Position numbers and translations under genes: made by a program. The notes beneath the pieces were generated by a model. That model worked only from the letters and a program-made list of their open reading frames with translations. It had not been told where the DNA came from and did not search any database. From the NCBI RefSeq assembly GCF_048403405.1, contig NZ_CP183129.1: DNA of 64,000 nt; one strand, written 5' to 3'. Positions 57,497 to 64,000 of the stretch are shown here, piece after piece; within the stretch, counting starts at the first letter, position 1, and the number at the start of each line of letters is the position of its first letter. The DNA is from Escherichia coli. GTDB lineage: Bacteria; Pseudomonadota; Gammaproteobacteria; Enterobacterales; Enterobacteriaceae.

Positions 57497-58303
57497 ATGA
57501 AAGCATTCTGGCGTAACGCCGCGTTGCTCGCGGTTTCTCTGCTTCCCTTCTCTTCTGCCAACGCCGTAGCGTTGCAGGCAAAACAGTATGGCGATTTTGA
57601 TCGCTATGTCCTGGCCCTCTCATGGCAAACCGGATTTTGCCAGAGTCAACACGATCGAAATCGTAACGAACGAGATGAATGTCGCCTGCAAACCGAAACG
57701 ACCAACAAAGCTGATTTTCTGACCGTACATGGTCTGTGGCCAGGATTGCCTAAATCGGTTGCTGCCCGTGGTGTTGATGAACGCCGCTGGATGCGCTTCG
57801 GTTGCGCTACTCGCCCAATCCCGAATCTGCCAGAAGCACGCGCCAGCCGGATGTGTTCATCGCCGGAAACTGGGTTATCACTGGAAACGGCAGCTAAACT
57901 AAGTGAAGTCATGCCAGGAGCTGGCGGACGTTCCTGCCTGGAACGCTACGAATATGCCAAACACGGTGCCTGCTTTGGTTTTGATCCGGACGCATACTTC
58001 GGTACGATGGTACGCCTGAATCAAGAAATTAAAGAGAGCGAAGCCGGAAAATTCCTTGCGGATAATTACGGTAAAACAGTGAGCCGCCGTGACTTTGACG
58101 CCGCCTTTGCCAAAAGCTGGGGAAAAGAGAACGTGAAAGCAGTTAAGCTAACGTGCCAGGGTAACCCTGCGTATTTGACTGAAATTCAGATCTCGATCAA
58201 AGCTGACGCCATCAACGCTCCGCTTTCTGCCAACTCATTCTTGCCACAACCACACCCAGGCAACTGTGGCAAAACCTTTGTGATTGATAAAGCAGGTTAT
58301 TAA
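57497..58303 (+). CDS. rna: Periplasmic RNase I (T2 family)
   Basis: 268 aa from MKAFWRNAALLAVSLLPFSSANA (signal peptide), with the HGLWP catalytic motif. Confidence 0.95.
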   Translation: MKAFWRNAALLAVSLLPFSSANAVALQAKQYGDFDRYVLALSWQTGFCQSQHDRNRNERDECRLQTETTNKADFLTVHGLWPGLPKSVAARGVDERRWMRFGCATRPIPNLPEARASRMCSSPETGLSLETAAKLSEVMPGAGGRSCLERYEYAKHGACFGFDPDAYFGTMVRLNQEIKESEAGKFLADNYGKTVSRRDFDAAFAKSWGKENVKAVKLTCQGNPAYLTEIQISIKADAINAPLSANSFLPQPHPGNCGKTFVIDKAGY

Positions 58304-58450
58304 TCCTCTGATTTACAAAACACGCTAATTCGTCTTCCATAAACCATGACGATTAAGATTTATACATAATGCGCTACATTGAGGAATTCCCTGAATGTGA
58401 CGCAAATCACTTCAAAGAGTGAGCAACAGTCAGTATCATCATGTGAGTTA

Positions 58451-58485
58451 AACCCTCGCCGCCTGACGGTGAGGGTTTTCTTTTG
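58451..58485 (+). terminator. Strong intrinsic terminator ~150 nt downstream of the rna stop
   Basis: 10-bp stem AACCCTCGCC/GGTGAGGGTT (one G-U pair) with a 7-nt loop, then TTCTTTT. Confidence 0.65.
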
Positions 58486-58532
58486 GGTATGTTTATCTGC
58501 GACACTCGCAGTACCGACGACATGGAGTAAAA

Positions 58533-58943
58533 ATGTCCAGACCAACTATCATCATTAACGACCTGGATGCCGAACGCATCGATATTCTGCTGGAGCAACC
58601 CGCCTATGCTGGTTTGCCAATCGCCGACGCGTTAAACGCAGAGTTGGATCGCGCCCAAATGTGTTCGCCAGAAGAGATGCCACACGACGTGGTGACAATG
58701 AACAGCCGGGTTAAATTCCGCAATCTTAGCGATGGCGAAGTGCGTGTGCGCACGCTGGTGTATCCGGCAAAAATGACCGACAGCAATACTCAGCTTTCCG
58801 TTATGGCTCCGGTAGGTGCTGCACTGCTGGGGCTGCGCGTTGGCGATTCCATTCACTGGGAACTTCCGGGCGGCGTTGCAACTCACCTTGAAGTGCTGGA
58901 ACTCGAATACCAGCCAGAAGCTGCTGGCGACTACCTGCTTTAA
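58533..58943 (+). CDS. rnk: Regulator of nucleoside diphosphate kinase (GreA/GreB-like)
   Basis: 136 aa. Recognisable Rnk. Confidence 0.94.
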
Positions 58944-58976
58944 TCCCATCTGCACAAGCGATAACTCGCTTTGCCC

Positions 58977-59000
58977 AGAGGATGCACTCGCATCCTCTTT
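58977..59000 (+). terminator. rnk terminator hairpin
   Basis: AGAGGATGC-ACTC-GCATCCTCT followed by TT. Confidence 0.5.
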
Positions 59001-59085
59001 CCGCTCAAATATCAACCAGATTTATCATTTTGCTCTTAAGCGCAGCATTCTAATCTGAACTGGTTATTCATCTGCGGAACCTCAT

Positions 59086-59175
59086 ATGAGCGAAGCTCTC
59101 GGTATCACTGCATTTTATATATTCATAGCAGCAATTATTGTTGCTGCAGTGCTATACCTTGAACAACGCTGGTAG
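59086..59175 (+). CDS. Possible 29-aa hydrophobic small protein (MSEALGITAFYIFIAAIIVAAVLYLEQRW)
   Basis: A single predicted TM helix, a composition typical of small membrane proteins. There is only a weak GGAA Shine-Dalgarno-like element upstream, and I do not recognise the sequence. Confidence 0.25.
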   Translation: MSEALGITAFYIFIAAIIVAAVLYLEQRW

Positions 59176-59298
59176 CGCCTGGTTTTATTTATTTTCCAGC
59201 TCAATAGCAAATTCAGATCAAATCAGCCTCGCAAATCATAGATTCATAACCAATAATGTGCTGTTATGTATACATGCAAAAACAAGGAGAGAATGCTT

Positions 59299-59727
59299 AT
59301 GTACAAAACAATCATCATGCCAGTGGATGTTTTCGAAATGGAATTGAGCGACAAAGCGGTTCGCCACGCTGAATTCCTCGCCCAGGATGACGGAGTTATT
59401 CATCTACTTCACGTACTACCGGGGTCAGCCAGCCTGAGCCTGCACCGTTTTGCCGCTGATGTGCGTCGTTTTGAAGAGCATCTGCAACATGAAGCAGAAG
59501 AACGTCTGCAAACGATGGTCAGCCACTTCACCATCGATCCTTCCCGCATTAAGCAACATGTCCGTTTTGGTAGCGTGCGGGATGAAGTCAATGAGTTGGC
59601 AGAAGAACTGGGGGCTGATGTTGTAGTTATCGGTTCTCGCAACCCATCGATTTCGACCCATCTGTTAGGTTCTAACGCCTCGAGCGTGATCCGCCACGCC
59701 AATCTGCCGGTGCTGGTTGTGCGTTAA
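59299..59727 (+). CDS. uspG: Universal stress protein G
   Basis: 142 aa from [14 protein letters not shown], behind an AAGGAGAG RBS. The track's start is 11 codons too long. Confidence 0.94.
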   Translation: MYKTIIMPVDVFEMELSDKAVRHAEFLAQDDGVIHLLHVLPGSASLSLHRFAADVRRFEEHLQHEAEERLQTMVSHFTIDPSRIKQHVRFGSVRDEVNELAEELGADVVVIGSRNPSISTHLLGSNASSVIRHANLPVLVVR

Positions 59728-59742
59728 TTGCCAGAATAAATA

Positions 59743-59777
59743 TCCCGCCCTGCCCGGAGCCATCCCGGCGGGGCTTT
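59743..59777 (+). terminator. uspG terminator
   Basis: CCCGCC...GGCGGG stem followed by GCTTTTT. Confidence 0.5.
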
Positions 59778-59786
59778 TTATTGCCA

Positions 59787-59817
59787 TAAAAAAGCCGCCA
59801 GGTTTGACCCCGGCGGC
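59787..59817 (-). terminator. ahpF rho-independent terminator
   Basis: On the minus strand: GCCGCC-N12-GGCGGC followed by TTTTTT. Confidence 0.6.
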
Positions 59818-59847
59818 TAAGCAATTGCAGGTGAATCTTACTTCTTC

Positions 59848-61413
59848 TTATGCTGTTTTGGTGCGAATCAGGTAGTCAAAAGCACTCAGAGAGGCTTTGG
59901 CACCTTCGCCAGTGGCGATGATGATCTGCTTGTACGGAACCGTTGTACAGTCACCCGCTGCGAACACGCCTTTCACGTTGGTTTCGCATTTCGCATCAAT
60001 GATAATCTCACCCATGCGGTTACGTTCGACTGCGCCTTCCAGCCAGTTGGTGTTCGGCAGCAGACCAATCTGGACGAAAATACCGGCCAGTTCGATGTTG
60101 TGAATATCGCCGCTGACACGATCGCGATATTCCAGACCAACGACTTTGCTGCCGTCGCCTTTCACTTCCGTGGTTTGCGCATTCAGAATAATTTCGACGT
60201 TTTTCAGGCTGCGCAGTTTGTCCTGCAGAACCTGGTCGGCTTTCATTTCTGGCGCAAATTCCAGCAGCGTTACGTGCTCAACGATACCCGCCAGGTCGAT
60301 TGCCGCTTCCACGCCGGAGTTACCGCCGCCGATAACCGCTACGCGTTTGCCTTTAAACAGCGGGCCGTCGCAGTGCGGGCAGTAGGTCACGCCTTTGGTG
60401 CGATACTGATCTTCGCCCGGAACGTTCATGTTGCGCCATTTTGCACCGGTCGCCACGATAATGCTGCGTGCTTTCAGTACCGCGCCAGAAGCTGTTTCAA
60501 TCTGATGCAGGCCGCCTTCAACCGCTGCCGGGATCAGTTTGCTGGCGCTCTGGCTGTCGATCACATCAACGTCGTATTCATCAACGTGAACTTTCAGCGC
60601 ACCTGCCAGTTTCTGGCCTTCGGTCTTCGGTACAGAAATGTAGTTTTCGATATCAACGGTATCGAGGATCTGACCACCAAAACGTTCGCCCATCAGACCG
60701 GTACGGATGCCTTTACGTGCGGAGTAAATTGCTGCCGCTGCGCCCGCCGGGCCGGAACCGACGATTAATACGTCATAAGCATCACGCTTGTTCAGCTCTT
60801 CTGCCGCACGTTTTTCCGCGCCAGTATCAATTTTGGCGACGATTTCAGTCAACGTCATGCGACCCTGACCAAACTCTTTCCCGTTTACGAACACTGCCGG
60901 AACGCCCATCACGTTGCGATCGGTGATTTCGTTCTGGAAGGTGCCGCCGTCAATTGCAGTGTGCTTGATGCGCGGGTTCAGTACGCTCATCAGGTTCAGC
61001 GCCTGCACCACATCCGGGCAGTTGTGGCAAGAGAGCGAGTAATAGGTTTCGAATTCAAAATCACCGTCAATATGGCGAATCTGCTCCAGCAGAGACTGCG
61101 CTTCTTTCGACGGATGACCACCTGTCCACAGCAACGCCAGTACCAGCGAGGTAAACTCGTGGCCCAGCGGGGAGCCTGCAAAACGTGGCCCCTGGTTGGA
61201 ACCTGGGTTGGTGATCAGGAAAGACGGCTTACGCACTGGCAAGCTGTTATCTTCTTTAAAGGTGACTTTGTCTGACAGTTCTGCGATTTCAGCCAACAGT
61301 TCCTTGATTTCTGCCGATTTAGCGCTGTCATCCAGCGTGGCAATTAACTCAACAGGCTTGGTCAATTTCTCAAGGTAAGCCTTGAGTTGAGTTTTCATAT
61401 TTGTGTCGAGCAT
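59848..61413 (-). CDS. ahpF: Alkyl hydroperoxide reductase subunit F
   Basis: 521 aa from [16 protein letters not shown], with the CHNC and CPHCDG redox centres. Confidence 0.96.
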   Translation of the reverse strand: MLDTNMKTQLKAYLEKLTKPVELIATLDDSAKSAEIKELLAEIAELSDKVTFKEDNSLPVRKPSFLITNPGSNQGPRFAGSPLGHEFTSLVLALLWTGGHPSKEAQSLLEQIRHIDGDFEFETYYSLSCHNCPDVVQALNLMSVLNPRIKHTAIDGGTFQNEITDRNVMGVPAVFVNGKEFGQGRMTLTEIVAKIDTGAEKRAAEELNKRDAYDVLIVGSGPAGAAAAIYSARKGIRTGLMGERFGGQILDTVDIENYISVPKTEGQKLAGALKVHVDEYDVDVIDSQSASKLIPAAVEGGLHQIETASGAVLKARSIIVATGAKWRNMNVPGEDQYRTKGVTYCPHCDGPLFKGKRVAVIGGGNSGVEAAIDLAGIVEHVTLLEFAPEMKADQVLQDKLRSLKNVEIILNAQTTEVKGDGSKVVGLEYRDRVSGDIHNIELAGIFVQIGLLPNTNWLEGAVERNRMGEIIIDAKCETNVKGVFAAGDCTTVPYKQIIIATGEGAKASLSAFDYLIRTKTA

Positions 61414-61493
61414 GTTTATCTCCTGGGCTTTAAACATCATCATGCAAGCGGCCTCTGCGGCTACCTGGATGCAGCTTGCATCATGGTGCGGGG

Positions 61494-61519
61494 AAGAAAA
61501 TCGGGTGCCGTAGCACCCG
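61494..61519 (-). terminator. Partial terminator or attenuator between ahpC and ahpF
   Basis: On the minus strand: CGGGTGC-TACG-GCACCCG followed by ATTTTCTT. Confidence 0.45.
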
Positions 61520-61583
61520 AAGAATTAGGTGAATTTCCGAAGTATTTCGCGCCGGAGTTGGTAGCGCGAAAGACGAAGGAAAT

Positions 61584-62147
61584 TTAGATTTTACCAACCA
61601 GGTCCAGAGACGGAGCCAGAGTTGCTTCACCTTCTTTCCATTTAGCCGGGCAAACTTCACCTGGGTGAGAAGCTACGTACTGTGCTGCTTTGATTTTACG
61701 CAGCAGGTCAGACGCGTCACGGCCAATGCCTTCAGCGGTAACTTCGATTGCCTGGATGATACCCTGCGGGTCAACAACGAAGGTCGCACGGTCAGCCAGA
61801 CCTTCATCTTCACGCATGTTGTCGAAGTTACGGGTCAGGGCGCCAGTCGGGTCGCCGATCATCGCATATTTGATTTTAGCGATGGTTTCAGAGCTGCTGT
61901 GCCATGCTTTGTGGGTGAAGTGAGTATCGGTAGATACTGCGTATACGTCTACGCCCAGTTTCTGCAGTTCTTCGTAGTGGTCAGCAACGTCACCCAGTTC
62001 GGTCGGGCATACGAAAGTAAAGTCAGCCGGGTAGAAAAAGAAGACGCTCCAGCGGCCTTCGGTATCTTTTTCGGTGATTTCGATGAATTCGCCGTTTTTG
62101 AATGCCTGGTTTTTAAAAGGTTTAATTTTGGTGTTAATCAAGGACAT
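61584..62147 (-). CDS. ahpC: Alkyl hydroperoxide reductase subunit C (peroxiredoxin)
   Basis: 187 aa with the FTFVCPTE peroxidatic Cys motif. Confidence 0.97.
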   Translation of the reverse strand: MSLINTKIKPFKNQAFKNGEFIEITEKDTEGRWSVFFFYPADFTFVCPTELGDVADHYEELQKLGVDVYAVSTDTHFTHKAWHSSSETIAKIKYAMIGDPTGALTRNFDNMREDEGLADRATFVVDPQGIIQAIEVTAEGIGRDASDLLRKIKAAQYVASHPGEVCPAKWKEGEATLAPSLDLVGKI

Positions 62148-62440
62148 CTATACTTCCTCCGTGTTTTCGATGAGATGTAAGGTAACCAATTTTTGCCGAT
62201 TCGGCTAATGCGTTTCCATTATCAAATCGATAAGTTTTACCTTACAACCTTCGTAAGACAACTTTGTGAACTTTGCACCGCCAGCGGCGATAAAAAGTAA
62301 AATGGCCCCCTTTCCAGGTGACCGTGTAATCTGAACTACCCTTTGGTATCTTCAGCGCCTGCCTGCAGGCTGAGGTGTTGCCCTTACAAATGCAACAACG
62401 ACATGGATTACAACACCCTCATAAACAAAGGGCAATCACC

Positions 62441-62482
62441 TGATCTAAGCTCTTACCTATGACAGTGATAGGTTATGCCTTT
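62441..62482. promoter_or_regulatory. Candidate OxyR binding region in the ahpC-dsbG divergent spacer
   Basis: ATCTAAGCTCTTACCTAT-GACAGTG-ATAGGTTATGCC shows a CTAT-N7-ATAG core resembling the OxyR ATAG-N10-CTAT tetrad motif. The assignment is approximate. Confidence 0.35.
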
Positions 62483-62518
62483 TACCCGACTTTTGCACTG
62501 ACTGAAAAGGACAAATTA

Positions 62519-63265
62519 ATGTTAAAAAAGATACTTTTACTGGCTCTGCTTCCTGCAATCGCCTTCGCAGAGGAACTTCCTGATCCAGTAAAAGCGATTG
62601 AAAAACAGGGTATTACGATCATCAAAACATTCGATGCTCCCGGAGGAATGAAAGGTTATCTCGGAAAGTATCAGGATATGGGCGTCACCATCTACCTAAC
62701 TCCAGATGGTAAGCACGCTATCTCCGGTTACATGTACAACGAGAAAGGTGAAAACCTGAGTAACACACTTATCGAAAAAGAAATTTACGCACCAGCCGGA
62801 CGCGAAATGTGGCAACGGATGGAACAATCCCACTGGCTCCTCGACGGTAAAAAAGACGCGCCGGTCATTGTCTACGTCTTCGCCGATCCGTTCTGCCCAT
62901 ATTGTAAACAGTTCTGGCAGCAGGCTCGCCCGTGGGTTGATTCTGGCAAAGTGCAATTAAGAACATTGTTGGTTGGCGTTATCAAGCCAGAAAGCCCGGC
63001 GACAGCAGCGGCAATTCTTGCCTCCAAAGATCCCGCAAAAACCTGGCAAGAATATGAAGCCTCTGGTGGCAAGCTTAAGCTAAACGTGCCTGCAAACGTA
63101 AGTACAGAGCAAATGAAAGTGTTAAGCGACAACGAAAAACTCATGGACAATCTGGGGGCAAATGTCACACCAGCTATCTACTACATGAGTAAGGAAAATA
63201 CGCTGCAACAGGCCGTGGGGTTGCCCGATCAGAAAACGCTTAATATCATTATGGGGAATAAATAA
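62519..63265 (+). CDS. dsbG: Periplasmic thiol:disulfide isomerase
   Basis: 248 aa from [17 protein letters not shown] (signal peptide), with the CPYC active site. The track's start is 20 codons too long. Confidence 0.94.
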   Translation: MLKKILLLALLPAIAFAEELPDPVKAIEKQGITIIKTFDAPGGMKGYLGKYQDMGVTIYLTPDGKHAISGYMYNEKGENLSNTLIEKEIYAPAGREMWQRMEQSHWLLDGKKDAPVIVYVFADPFCPYCKQFWQQARPWVDSGKVQLRTLLVGVIKPESPATAAAILASKDPAKTWQEYEASGGKLKLNVPANVSTEQMKVLSDNEKLMDNLGANVTPAIYYMSKENTLQQAVGLPDQKTLNIIMGNK

Positions 63266-63472
63266 AAGATAATTCATGGATGGTTGAAATATATCCCTGT
63301 TTTTCAACCATCCTAAAAAAGCATGAATTGCTCGCTCTGCCCTAAGTGGCTGTGCTATTTTAGAAAAACTTAACTCTGAGTTAAGCAAAAAAACATAATA
63401 CAAATAAATACAACAGCAACATTATTGAACAAATGAATGATTTATAGAAGAGATAATATAACGGAGTATGTT

Positions 63473-64000
63473 ATGGCGAATCTTTATGACCTAAAAAAAT
63501 TTGATCTGAATTTACTGGTCATATTTGAGTGCATTTATCAACACCTCAGCATTAGCAAAGCAGCAGAATCATTATATATAACGCCATCTGCCGTTAGTCA
63601 GTCGTTACAACGTTTACGTGCGCAATTTAATGACCCGTTATTCATTCGCTCAGGGAAAGGTATCGCGCCGACTACGACAGGGTTAAATCTGCATCATCAT
63701 CTTGAGAAAAATCTCAGAGGCATTGAACAAACGATCAATATTGTTAATAAGTCTGAGCTAAAGAAAAATTTTATTATCTACGGCCCTCAGCTTATTTCTT
63801 GTACTAATAACAACATGCTAATCCGCTGTCTTAGACAAGATACTTCAATCGATATAGAATGCCATGACATACTGCTTTCAGCTGAAAATGCCGAAGAACT
63901 GTTGGTTCAACGCAAAACTGACCTGGCAATTACACTACAACCAGTAATTAGCCGCTCTGTCATCTGCATGCCGTTACATACTATTCGCAATTCTCTTATA
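63473..64000 (+). CDS. ybdO: LysR-family transcriptional regulator, N-terminal 176 aa (3' end beyond the window)
   Basis: Open frame from ATG 63473 to the window edge. It is absent from the ORF track because no stop is reached. MANLYDLKKFDLNLLVIFECIYQHLSISKAAESLYITPSAVSQSLQRLR is a LysR HTH and matches my recollection of YbdO. Confidence 0.8.
   Translation, partial: MANLYDLKKFDLNLLVIFECIYQHLSISKAAESLYITPSAVSQSLQRLRAQFNDPLFIRSGKGIAPTTTGLNLHHHLEKNLRGIEQTINIVNKSELKKNFIIYGPQLISCTNNNMLIRCLRQDTSIDIECHDILLSAENAEELLVQRKTDLAITLQPVISRSVICMPLHTIRNSLI

Overview
This window is Escherichia coli core chromosome, reverse-complemented relative to K-12 MG1655 (roughly the ybdO-to-nagE interval). Almost every long ORF is a protein I recognise. 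The gene order is nagE / nagBACD / asnB / the metT-leuW-glnUW-metU-glnVX tRNA array / ubiF / miaB-ybeZ-ybeY-corC-lnt / gltIJKL / rihA / ybeL / leuS-lptE-holA-nadD-cobC / rsfS-rlmH-mrdAB-rlpA / dacA / ybeD-lipB / ybeF / lipA / tatE / ybeM / crcB / cspE / pagP / dcuC / dpiAB / citCDEFXG-citT / rna / rnk / uspG / ahpCF / dsbG / ybdO (partial). Several track ORFs carry spurious N-terminal extensions, so I give the shorter starts that match the known protein lengths. The main non-core region is the left 5.3 kb. It is a co-directional, tightly packed operon, truncated by the window edge, encoding an Fe-dependent alcohol dehydrogenase, a DapA/NanA-family aldolase, a TerC/YgdQ-like membrane protein, a leaderless BNR/Asp-box sialidase-fold protein, a YhcH-like (DUF386) protein and an ion-transporter-superfamily permease. 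It ends at a bidirectional terminator plus a REP element beside nagE, where K-12 (from memory) has glnS. I consider this the best candidate for an uncharacterised catabolic system, probably for a nonulosonic or keto-deoxy sugar acid glycoside. Other strain-variable points, all judged against K-12 from memory: (1) an orphan 194-aa four-TM protein lies between the tRNA array and ubiF. (2) The hscC-djlC-ybeU-ybeT-djlB-ybeR-ybeQ block is absent between rihA and ybeL. (3) ybdR is absent between rnk and uspG. (4) No IS5 lies between lnt and gltI. (5) ybeM is intact, whereas it is a pseudogene in K-12. I saw no CRISPR array, integrase, transposase or prophage gene. All comparisons to K-12 and all family assignments come from reading motifs and from memory. 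No database search was run.
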